From contig JYFJ02000876.1 of assembly GCA_000934665.2 (NCBI GenBank), positions 62,001 through 115,008 of the forward strand: a DNA stretch of 53,008 bases, read 5' to 3'. This document shows positions 12,763 through 25,400 of this stretch, piece by piece. The translations under genes and the position numbers were made by a program. Source of the DNA: Catajapyx aquilonaris (taxonomy: Eukaryota). The notes under the pieces were generated by a model. That model was not told the DNA's origin. It worked only from the letters and a program-made list of their open reading frames with translations, and did no database searches. Numbering within the stretch: the stretch's first letter is position 1; each line of letters begins with the position of its first letter.

Positions 12763-13447
12763 GACCCCCTTTTTTCTTCCTCTTGAATTCCAAAGAGAAA
12801 AATCGTCCACATTCAATCGAACGCCGCCATTTTTAAGAACAACCGCACGTCAATAATCGAATTGTCGCACCGCAATTGTTTTAACCCCCTGCTCAATCTA
12901 AAAACGCTCAATTAATTTAATTAACCCGATTCGCGATTAAACCCGGTTTTAACCAGCTTAAAACCCAGGATTAAATGTGCACTAGCAGCTACATTCGACA
13001 GTAGCGGTTATTCCTTCCAATAGCTCATTGTGTTGTTATTAGCTTTATTAGTGTTAGCTGCTATGCTACGGATTCCCACGTGAACGTCACTGTGACGTCA
13101 CCACCCGTCTTCCCTCCCCCGCCTCCCCCCCTCCCTTCACAAGTCGCCATCTTCAGGTCGAATTATTCACCAGTGCAGGTTGGAACTTCGTCAGTGTGAC
13201 CTCGGGCCGGGTTCCCCCTCTTTACAAGCCTGGATGTGACCTGTGAAGTGTACCCCACCCGGTAATGGACGAGTGAGAAGAAGAAGAAGAAGAAGAAGGA
13301 AAGGAAATAAGTTGGGCAGGATCACACACACACTTTCCCCCCACCCCTCACCCCCCGCCAACGACGAACAGTTCTTGACCTGTTCGGTTCGATTCGTTCG
13401 AACTACAATTCGAATTCACTCGGCCCTCACCCCATAAAGAAGCAACC
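12763..13447. promoter_or_regulatory. Bidirectional promoter RARS2 / lap
   Basis: Divergent starts ~685 bp apart. YY1-type CGCCATTTT at 12825-12833 and GCCATCTT at 13146-13153, CRE GTGACGTCAC at 13092-13101, C-rich Sp/KLF-like tract at 13111-13135. Confidence 0.55.
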
Positions 13448-16400
13448 ATGGCGGACAAAGGCAGGATGTCGGGGCAGACGATGACGGACAGGCTGCTTGC
13501 GGCCAGGCACAGCATAGCGGGGCAGGGCCTGGCCAAGTCCGTCTGCAAGGCCACCACAGAGGAGATGATCGGACCCAAGAAAAAACACTTGGATTGTGAG
13601 TAATAAAAATATTGGGGGAGAAGAACTAGACGAGTGGGCGGTGACACTCGAACACCGTGACAGGTTCACTGTCAGGACCCCCCAACAAGGGTCGATAAAT
13701 GGGGACAGGTTGACATTTTCGAATTGTCCAGTGCATACAAATGGAATGTGACAAGATGCCAACTGTGACATTGGTTGGCACCCTTTCATTACTAAGTCCT
13801 GTTGGCATCTTGAGAATAAATCATACATGTTGGCACCTTGAGACATGTACTATATCGCTTTAAAGAAAATGGAGACGATTGTGCATTTTGGTTTCAATGC
13901 AAAAATCGTATCCCGTCTTTTTTGAGCCATGTAGTGCCTGTTGGCACCTTGGGACATGTACCTGTTGGCACCTTGTGACATGTACTATATATCGCTCCAA
14001 AAAAAAATGGAGACGATTGTGGACCGTCGGTTTCAATGCAAAAATCGTAACCCATTTTTTTTTTAGTGATATAGTACCTGTTGGCACCTTGAGACATGTA
14101 CCTGTTGGCACCTTGATTCAGTACACTGCAATAATTATAACATTGTTTCCAGTAGTGTTAGAAAAAGTGAAAAATCTGTTCCGTTTTTTTTGTTTTTTTG
14201 GTGGAAATCCGGCGTGTAAGAGCAATTTTTGCAATATTTATGGGCGGCCTTTAATTTTTTAAATTGTTTAAATAAGGACTTTCATAGTTGAATAATAATT
14301 TGTTCATTAAAAGCGATTAGTTTTTGCACAGGTACATTAAAATAGGGCAATACAATGGGACCTGTTCAGGTTTGAGAATTTGCATGTCATTTCCATAATG
14401 AAATTAAGGGAAAATAATTACAGACAAAAAAATATGCGTAATAGTGTTTGACAGACTGTACAGGTATGACATTTTTTTTAAAATTAGAGAGTATGTAAAA
14501 TTATGTGTTGATATTATTGCGGTTGACAGGTACTGTTGTGACACCTCTGCAGTATGACACTTGCATTGACCAGCCCAATAATTGATTAAAATAGGAGCAA
14601 CCCCATCAAGTGACGGTTTCTGATTGATTTTTTTTTTATGTAAGAGAGAAGGGGCTGGTATTGGTATTGATTTGGTGAGCATTGTTCACATGTCAAGTGA
14701 CTCCACCCACGCTCCAGCAGACATCACTCATTAGCAGCAAAGATTAGACGGTTCACAGAAGCCGACACTGTACAATGTTACAGCCCAGAAAAAAATTGAA
14801 TTTCATTTCCTAGCTCGTCATGGGCAGATCCAATTATTCATAATGAGGTATTGATAATATGCGTTAAATATGCATCGGGTGTCATTTGCAGTTGCATAAG
14901 TGTATCATTTTAGTCGCTGCGACGCGACGGAACAAGATGTGTGGCATCCTGAGCCCGAATCTTGGTCCTGTACTTCCTGTGACACATATCCGGAGGAGGA
15001 ACACATTGTTGCCGATCTGTCTCAGCATTTTTTTTTATCAACTTATAGCCAGTTTACATAACAGTGGAGGTCAGATAGGGTCACCTGAGGTCGATATAAG
15101 GAAACGACGTGATAAGATTCGGGCGATAAAATGAGGCAGAAATTGTGGCCAATATGGATGCTGTAACAAAATCTGATTGTTCCTCCAGTCCTGACCCGTT
15201 AGTGGCCGACATTGTTGACCTCCAGGAAGCCGGCTTGTACTGTTAAACACAAACCGGATTTTAAAAAAAATTCCTCATGAAACTTTTTGGAGGGGGTGTT
15301 CCATTTTTGCAGTCTGTTGACTTGCTTTTTTTGACCAAGGTCGTTGAAGGGTGGTCCCCTATTTGCATATTGAGTGACCGGATGGGACGTGGTCTTCGTG
15401 CGCATGGGTGCGTTTAATATGCGTTATGACAGACTGATGGCACAATTGCGCTGCTTCGACCACAGCAAAACATTTCATGGATCCAAAATGGCTGCACTCA
15501 TTAAACTAAAAATTGGGACTAAACACCGCGAAATAATCAATGTGCTATTTAATAATAATTTTAATTCTTCGCAATAATCGTATTGGTTCCAGCTTAAATG
15601 AAATGTGTGGGTTTATCCGGCATGGGAGCCGCCATTTTTGGTCTAGCCTTTTTGGCTACCAGTGTACCTGCTGACCCGGTACTTTCACTTTCAACATTTC
15701 GTGTCCGCTGCCATATAAACAGCAGGACAAGCTTTCCCCTCACGACAAAAATCCAGTCAAGAAGTCAACCTTATCGCGAATTTACACTCTGACCCTTCTC
15801 AACCACATTACACCGCCACATGTGCAGAAAACCTTGCCGTTTTGCCAAGGCAAAAAGCCCGGCAAATGCGTTGAGTAATTATTCGCACTCTGCTTGCGTG
15901 GGTCATTGCCAGTTCTCGCCATTTTTTTTTTGCAACTGCTTATACTCGGCTTCCTTCTTAATTCGCGATTGTGTCCCTCTAGGGCGTTTCTAGGCTTAAT
16001 TATTGCACAGGGGGCAATTAGGTCGGAGCCCAAGTTTTTTTGCATGAGACTCTGGTGAAGCGTATTTTGCATATTTACCCAGAATATCACTATGCAGGGA
16101 ATATCCGCATGATCCAGATCTTCATTTTTAAACAGTTCATACACATTAATTGTCATAACCGAAATTAAGGGTGTAAAGGACGACATTGCTCAATAAACTG
16201 ATTGCTATGGACTACAATAAAAAGTTGAGTACTGTAATAATAAATTGAATGATAAATAATACAAGATCCTCCACCCATCCACCAGAGGCGCTGCCTCTCC
16301 CCATTACGCAGGCGCAGAACGGGGGCCAATCGGAAGAGTCGCGCAAACAATATGCATCGGGCCAATCAGAAGCCTCGGTTATACAACGGATTAATTCAAT

Positions 16401-19400
16401 TATAATAAAATTGGCTCTATACCAGTCTTGATTACTTCAGTTAAATCCGATTCTGAATTAATTGGCCGGTCTTGAATGTACTGCGCAATTAAACCTCCTG
16501 ATCTAACTGGATGGCCTGATGCGTTTATGGCTGGAAACCCGAGTTAAAATGAATGGAAAATTTGCAGCCCTGAAGTCGACTCTATACGGTCGAGTATGGC
16601 AAAATCGATGGTATTAAAGTGCATGCACCCTGACCTTGCGATTTTGCGTCTCCAACACGGCTAGTTAATTCAGCTGATAAAATACCATCGGTCTATTTGC
16701 AGGGGTATAGAGGCCACTGGATATCGTAGGATCTGGGGGGTGGGTTTTTAGGATGACCGGTTTCGGGTGTTTTTTTGGGAGGCTAACCCGAGTGTGTGTG
16801 TGAGGGGCGTGATGTAGATCCTGTTACCTGCTTAACTTTTTTTTTTTTTAAATGTGTGTGCGCAAACTAGTCATATGGGCGACTATAGGGTGTTGGTTTG
16901 GAAAATAAAAGTTGGGGCATGGAGAGAGTGTGAGGCCTACATAAAACCAGGTGTCATTATCCTACGGACCTGCTTTTATTTCCAGGACTTTTCGATTTTT
17001 CGGGATGTAATCGATGTATGCGATGACCTTGACACTGCAAATAGAATTAATAGCGAATGTAGAGAGAAAGGCAGGGTGTGGTTGAATTTTGCATCTTTCA
17101 AAAAAAGTGGGTGGCGGGTAAGTGAACCTGGTGTACATACTCGTGAAAAAAAAAAATTTGACTACTGATTATTACTGTGGCGAAATGTGACATGCAATTT
17201 TTCTGGGGGGTGTGTGCTTGACGTGACGAAGGTAGGCTACACGGCGCGTGACCAATAAACATCGGACCTCCCGGAGCATGCTGTGACGTCACAGGTCATG
17301 CGAGTCGAATTTGACAAGTAAACCTGGCCCATTCACAACCGGGCAGTACAGGTGAACTACGTAAGGTTTCACTTTCTATATTCCCCCCCCAAGGTTGTAC
17401 TGTACACCATGCAAAAACGCATTGGTGCTATTTTTAAGGTCCGTTATTAAACCGAGAGAAAGACATGTCATCCCCAATTAACCTCTTGTGTGTCTGAAGC
17501 CTAAATTACAGTCTGGACTGGTCCCCTAGCTAATCGTCAATTAGTGTGAGTCCAGTGAACTTCAGACAACCCGTGACAGTTCATCGAGCAAGAAGCAAAA
17601 TGGTATTTGAGTCAAGATATGTATTACGCAGTGTGTCGGGTTGCACATGGGGAATAGGTTTAATTGAATCTGGTTTGCTACGCGGCTGAATTGATTGAAG
17701 AGGGGTACATTAGGATCGATCTAGGACAATTGTGGTCCATCGGTGAGGCTGGCTTGGAAAGATCCCACGATGACAAACGATGTCTTCGAATCACACTTTG
17801 AATGATGATGACCCAGCAAGGGGCAGCAACCTCTGATCGGTTGACAGTACGTTTCCTCTTTGGGTTGCCTGGTCGAAAAAAAAAGAATGGGTGCCACGCC
17901 TATATGGTCCAGTCACCTATTGTGTACATTGGCAGGAAGTGACGTATACAAGCCTGTAGGTGTCGACTGATCAATTGGAAATATTTTCTGACCTACATTT
18001 GTCCAGTGCACCCGAAGCGACAGTTTTTGCAACAATGTGCAGTCAGGGATTGTCGTGCCTAATATGTAATTTGAAAGAATAAGCAGCCTGCGTTTAACCT
18101 TGACGTTTGGAAGTGTGTAATCTTCAAGGATTTAATAATGAGCCGGTCTGTCAGTCCGGGGTTTGGAGGAAGTTTCCTGACGACTTCTTGTGATATGATT
18201 CATCTTGGGGCTTTTCAGTCGGATGTTCCCGGGGCCCAGCATCTTTTAAGCCTGCTAAAATTAACTATGGAAAAAAAATATGGTAAAAAAAAATATAGTG
18301 AATCATCCCATTCACTGTCTGGGCTTACAAGTGAGAGTGGAATTTTCGACCCACTGCTAACTGATACTACTAAGTTAGCAGGTAACTAGCAGAAGGACTA
18401 TGCAATATAAAATGGGGGTGTCTGTTAACAGCAATTTTGCACAGTGATAGTGTAACTATTGACTAGTTGTGCGGTCATAAAATGTATGAATTTTCATTCA
18501 AGCGAGAGCGTGAAATTGGCGATTTTTTTTGCTGGCACTTTACGACGTGTGACGGCCTTACTATTCACTATTGTGCTGTTCTTATGACGGCATATGGCAG
18601 CCCAAAAATATTTTAAAAGTATTCAGCAACACACACTATTTTCTTGCTTTTTTTGGCCCGGATATTGACAACAATTTTTAGTCGCCACCTATAGTCCGAT
18701 CTGAACCGCCTGAAGCATATTACTTTAAAAAATAGTTTTTAATGTAATAGTAGCCGACTGTTACATCATACGCTGGTGTCCCAAAAATGTGTGTCCTAAA
18801 CTGGTCCTAAACCCTTCCACTTAAATCAGATAGGTCAAAGATGGAGGGGGCAAGGACGTTGCGGATTTTTTGGCGAGGTCATTGTTCCCACTTGAATGCC
18901 AATATGCTAGTTTCAAGTGTAACTTCATCTCAAGGACGTTTCAAAGTGTGTTCGGATTTATTTTTGCGAAATTATTATGACAAGGTGTCGAGCAATTTTT
19001 TTTATACATATTTTTTGTTGGGCAGGTCAGGACGTTGACCTCTCTGTTGCGAGATATCGTGCTTAAAAAACACTCTGCCCACTTTGAGAGTTTTGCAGAT
19101 TCGCTGACCTGCCAGACCGGGACATGGTAGAGGAAGTGCAAATACTTCCGTCAAACGTGCGTGTCCATGTTGGCTACATTGTACGGGCGCCACAATTTGT
19201 TTAAAAAAAAATTGCGTATGTGCGTCATTGTCTGATAAAAAAAATTTGAATGATTGACGCTGCCACAGGTATACGTCATTGACATTCCTCTTTTTTTTGT
19301 CATATTACGTGTGAGTGATATTGCTGATATTTGTGCCCCCCCCCATCCGCCCCAATCTTTTTTGAAGCTTCGGGACAGCCTTGGCCCCGGCCAAAGACCT

Positions 19401-22400
19401 TGGCTGAGGGAGGTCCACAAGGGGGGAGAAGAAAAAATGGGGGGTGGAGTACTTGAGAAGAGTGGAATGTCTGAAGGATTTTTCGGAGAAGAATCCAGTT
19501 TAGAAGCTGAAAATTGTGCAGGTTGAAAGAGCGGGAAAGATGAGCCAATCAGGTGCAATTGGGGTGGGGGGGGATTGCGCATGCGCATAATGGCGTTTGG
19601 GATGTGCAGTATGTACTGCGCAGGCTGTTTACTAAAAGGATGGCTAAGCGACGTGCTTGGAAAGAAATGGGGGGTCGAATTTTCGTCCCACTGCTGTAGT
19701 AGGGGTAAGATAACTTATGGATTTTAGGGAGGTGGCTTGTGTCCTTGTCAACCATAGCCCCGCCTCCAGCTGAGTTTTGTTGTATGGAATTTAAAATGAT
19801 TGGTGGGGAAATATATAGATGGTGTAAACAAACTCATCTCATTCTTGACAGGGAGCATATACTACATGAGAGGCACAAACTTCTGTCGGCGCCTTTGATG
19901 TCCGCGTCTTTCTGTTTGGGGCCGTTGCCAAGGCTGGCGGCCATTTTGAAGTGTGGGCAACGCCAACGAGGTATAAATATGGTACAGGCAAAAATAGGGT
20001 CCGCCATCTTTGATGGTTTTGGCGGCCATGGCAACTACATGGCAAGAACACGCGCGAATCAAAGATGGGGACCCTATTTTTGCCTGTACCCTATTCATAC
20101 CTCGTTGGCGTTCCCCACACTTCAAGATGGCCGCCAGCCTTGGCAACGCCCCCAAACAGAGAGACGCGGAAATCGAATGTTTGCGCCTCTTATGTAGTAT
20201 ATGCTCCCTGTTCTTGATGTTTCAGAACATAACGCCCATCTCCTTTGAAATCGAATCTTGATTGGTCGACCGGTAGGGGGCGGGGCTAATTATGGTTGCC
20301 AAGGACACAAGCCACCTCCCCAAAACCCATCAGTTAGCTTAACTCTACTATAGTTATTGCTAACTTAGCAATGCCATGGCCAACACTGGGACGAAAATTC
20401 CATTCGTGGACAATAAAGAGGGATCCCCGCTGGGATTTTAATGGAAGGCTTTTGGAAGAGGGTTGGTCCTTGAAAAAAACTATTTCTTTGGCCAAGCAAA
20501 ACTTGGTTTCGACCCCTTTTTGTGTGGGTTGTCTGGAAAGCACTTCCGGAGTTTTGATATTAAGTGGGGGTAAAAGTTGATATAGTGTAAAAAAAAAAAA
20601 AAAGAAGGGAAAAAGTTGGGTGACGTGCTGCTTTGGAGTTTGCAGGGTCTGGCAGTTTATTGTGTGAACATGTGCCATATATTGCCAGTTGGTGTGTGAA
20701 TCATTCGGTACCACATTTGCGACTCATCCCAACCACAACTTCCATATTAGCATTTGATTTAATGTCTGTTGTAAGTGTATGAGGGCATGAAATTTAAAAA
20801 TGAAAAGTGATTTGAAACAATAGACGCCTTTTTTAAAATAAAAAATGCTGTGGAATTTGATTGATGTTGAGCTACAGAAATGGAGTAAGCTGTCTAGAGG
20901 CCAGTTGCATAATCAGGTCCGCAGCATCCCATCATGCAAGGGGACAGCTCTGAATGGTTCTTCCTGTGCATAGAAATCTAGTTTCCGACCCAGCATCGCA
21001 TAGGAAAACTGGCTAGACGATTTGTCAGGATGAAAATGTGCTTCATGCCTTGAATTTGTTTGAAAACACAACTATCTCAGTTTTAACACTATCAGTCAGT
21101 AATCTTTGCAAACTGATATTTTTTTTTTTGGCGGGTGATATCATCCGCATGTACACAAACACTTGGAGGGCACACCTTGGCAGTTGTCAATAATTGGATT
21201 GCGATATGCACCAGAGGTTTTTTGAGATTGCCGGTTTGCATATCAAAAATTATTTATGGTCTGTACACCCCCCCAAGATTACAGAAGGCTTTCGGGCCGT
21301 TACCATAGTGACTCGCTGCAATCATCTTCGTAATTGGCAAGTTACTATGGTAGCAGCCACCTTCCACTGCAATCAGGGATTATGCTTGGACTTTGATAAG
21401 GTCCAAATGAGATCATCTTCGTTATCGTTGCAATTGTCGCTAAGCAGTGACAACAATGATGTCATTAGCGCCTTATAAAATTTACCGCAATCATAGGGCA
21501 TATCTCAATGTCTTGTGCTCAGTTGTCGAGTTCCTGTCCGCATTCTTCAGGAAACGTTTGGTGTGAGGGAAAGAAAAACATTGCGACTGCCAAACCACAC
21601 AAGTGCCGTCCTGTGTAATGAACCTTGCTCGTCACTTGTTGACATCCTCGCTCTCTTCTTTTCAGACTTAGTACACTGCACGAATGAGCCCAACGTGTCA
21701 ATTCCTCAGATGGCCAACTTACTTATCGAGCGGTCTCAGCACGCCAATTGGGTGGTGGTTTTCAAAGCTCTCATCACTGTTCATCACATGATGTGCTACG
21801 GCAATGAGGTAGGTGGAGATGGGGGCATGAGAGAACGGGGAGGGAGGGAGGATTCATAGAACTGATTTCAATCTAACTCTCCGCCGGACACTTTGATGGA
21901 GATGTGCACTTGTTGATTTGAACCTCATTGAAAGCCTTCATGCAAAATTCATATGGAGTGGTCATTGCAGTTACTCGAGAGTCAATGGGATTGCATTTTT
22001 GCAGTGCACCTTTTTATTTCCCTTCCAGCGGTTTACCCAGTACTTAGCATCTAGCAACTGCAATTTCCAACTGGGAAATTTTCTGGACAAGAGTGGTGTT
22101 CAAGGTAAGGGGCCCAAATTTTTATATAAAAACAGTCAAATCAAAACCTTGACTCAGTTACTGGCAGTGACAACTAGCCTATGTAATTTCAAAACTGTAT
22201 GAAAAGTAAAAGGATTTTCGTAATTCATTTTCCATGCACATGAAAATGTAGGTTCTCGTGTTGGTAAGTAACATTCATGTTGGCATGGTCTTGCAAAATA
22301 CTTATGCTTGCTGATAGATTCGTAGCAGTAGACGTAGAGTGTTGTTGAAACTAGCAAGTGTTCAGGTGAATACCCTAATAACCGCTAGTTACATCACCAT

Positions 22401-25400
22401 TTGTCTGTAGTCAGCTTTTAACGTCAAGTTAGCTCCCTGGAGTGAACTTTCACCATGGTACGCTGTAATCTAACATTACAATGCATTGATGTTGTTTGCA
22501 TGGCACTTGCCTTGATTCCTCCTGCTTTGAACCCTTTGCTAATTTGCCTTTGTTTCAGGGTATGACATGTCACCATTTATAAGGCGCTATGCGAAATACC
22601 TTAATGAGAAGGCCCTGTCATACAGAACTGTGGCCTTTGATTTCTGCAAAGTCAAGAGGGGGTAAGTAACTCTTTTCTATTTCCATTACCTCCAACAGAG
22701 ATAACAAACTCTTATTTGGCTTTTCTTGTAATCTTCGCAGCAAGGAGGCCGGAACTTTGAGGACAATGGGAGCAGAAAAGCTCTTGAAAACAGTACCAGT
22801 ATTACAGAATCAATTAGATGCTCTCCTTGAGTTTGACTGCACAGCAAACGATCTGACAAATGGGGTGATAAACATGACTTTCATGCTTCTGTTCAGAGAC
22901 CTTATACGCTTGTTTGCCTGCTATAATGATGGCATCATTAACCTACTAGGTGGGTCGCACTTCATTTGGTTTCGTAACCCCTGCCAATTAAAAGCTCTGA
23001 AAATAACCTATTGTTCTTTGCAGAAAAATATTTTGATATGAACAAGAAGCAGTGTCGAGACGCTCTGGACCTTTATAAAAAGTTCCTGATCCGAATGGAT
23101 CGAGTTGCAGAGTTTCTCAAAGTTGCAGAAGTGAGTGCTGACACATTTGGTTTGACTTTTCTACAGCCATCTGCACATCTGTTAATGCTTTTCTTATTTG
23201 TTCTCAGGCTGTTGGGATTGATAAGGGAGATATCCCTGATTTAACAAAGGTATGTGTCTCACGCTTTTAAACAGACTGTAGCTTCCATTAAATTTACCTA
23301 CGGTTGAATATTGCCAATTGAAAGCATTTCAAGAAACTATTTCCATTACAAATTATGCTGACAATTGACATTAACAACTAACAGCTTTCCAACTAGTTCC
23401 TAACGTTGCAGAACATGTTTTAATGCGCAACACGCCCATTCTTAACGGGATACGTGTTGCCTCATTCTGATCCAAAATTTCTGGGTGCCATACGCTTACC
23501 TGGGACGCATGTTTTCCGCACATCAAAATGAGCTAATTGAAATTTAAGATTTTCCTGTTAACTAATGCACATCTTTCTTTAGGCTCCCAGCAGCCTCCTG
23601 GATGCCCTTGAGCAGCATCTGGCGACACTAGAGGGCAAGAAGGGACCACCCACAACAGCAGCGTCCCAAAACAGCAAGTACGTCACTGTTCTCTTTCTCA
23701 CTTCTGCACCTTTTATGCCATTTAACACGTGCTTTGTAGGATTTGTACTTTATTATTTGGAACTGTGTAGTAATTTTGTGCTTTTTTTTTCTTTCCTTTT
23801 TTTACTCTCACCTTATTTTGTCACTTGCGACCTGGCTGCTTCCTTGTTGTCCACTGACACTTTTCCCATCACACACTTGTGTATTTCCGTCCCCCTTTTG
23901 CCCCCCGCCCATTGCCCCTCGTTCCTTGTCATTGGACCTAAATTCCTGACATGAGCAGAGCCAACATCACTTCAGCAGTGTCCGCCCTGTCTTCCACCAG
24001 TGCGGCCTTTGGATCGGCAGCCACCAGTAGTCGGGTGGATGGCCAGCAGAACGGGGTGGCCAACATAGATGAGAACCTCAAGCGTCAAGCGTTGGCCGAG
24101 GAAGAGGCCATGATGAATCAATATAAGGTGCGGGGTGAATGTTCAGGCTTGTGTGATACAAATCTCTCGAACTCCATGACATTTTTTTTGGACGTATTAG
24201 TCATTTCGTGGTTATGTACCGGTACACAAGGGCTCATGGAAGCGTTTGATTCCATTTACTATAATAACTGAAATGGCTGTTAGCATGTTTAGTTGAATTT
24301 TCTTACTGTATGTTTCATTTTACATATCGCAGATTTGTTTCCTTGCATTAACACAAAGTTGAAATTATTGATCACAAGTGCAGATATGTTCAGACGCTAT
24401 TTAGAGGGGTGTCTGCATTTTGGTTTTTACTTTGCGGAACCTCAGATGTTGGCATACGAGTTAACCAGATGCTGGAATTAATAATTTCAAGGCCACTTGT
24501 TCATAGGTGTCTGCCATTTAACTGCTCAGCAGAGAAATTCATCATCTTTGAAGTGGAAAGATTAGGCAAATTGCTGACAGTATTTCACGTCAGAGGCATG
24601 GGAATGTCTCAAGAGGCTGAATGAAGATGTCAGTGGACTGTTAAGTTCATCGAGTGTTTTAGAGCGGGAAGTGTTTTTTTACTCAGGAAGGAGTTTATGT
24701 ACACTGCAATGCAAATTTGTGCGAAAATTGTAATTACCCGGTTTTTACCCCTGTAACGGGAGATTCAAACTCGGTTTGACTAATCAATTTACCATATGTT
24801 CCAGTTGACTGGGTTGTAAGGCTTTTAAAGAAACTTTAACAGACGGATAGGCGAAAAAGAGCAGGTGTTCAAGTTGTTGTCATGAAGTTATTATTACCAG
24901 GCTGATTGTCACTTATGGAGGAAAATGTTCATGGACGTCACCAGTGAATATCAGTTTTTGTAAAGATAGCGGATAGGGATGTTTTTTTCGCAAGCAGCCA
25001 TGGTTAAAGTGTCTGATAAACATTGTAATGAAATATGGGCCAGTGGTGAGCATGCTTATTTACATAAGGTTTGGCCGCAGGAGCAGCACGCCAAAGGCCA
25101 GACTCCAACAGGCGGACCCAGTACCAACCCTTTCCTCAGCTCGCCTCCAAGCAGTGCAGGTGGAAATGTTCTGGACATCTTTGGAGCATCCACAGGTCAA
25201 GCACCTGCACAGGTCAGTTGATTCAATATTATTATCGCAAGTAATTGCAATGTTTTGCAGAATGACAAGGTATGTACGCAACACATTCTGGTGCAAGTAG
25301 GTTTTACTATGTAGTTTCAGAACAGCCTTTGGACTTGCCATGTGTAAACGGTGTCTGGAAGTTAGCCAAGATGCTAAAATGTGTTGCTGCAAAGCAAATT

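Noticed and set aside
13755..14116. CRISPR-like repeat-spacer appearance
   Set aside because: Eukaryotic intron, spacers homologous to each other, irregular spacing, no cas genes.
17765..17840. ATGATGA...CTGA, C/D snoRNA-like boxes
   Set aside because: Boxes only ~35 nt apart, no terminal stem, and no guide I could recognise.
19739..20261. Mutually similar ORFs on both strands ([11 protein letters not shown]...)
   Set aside because: A by-product of the inverted repeat; no transposase or other recognisable domain.
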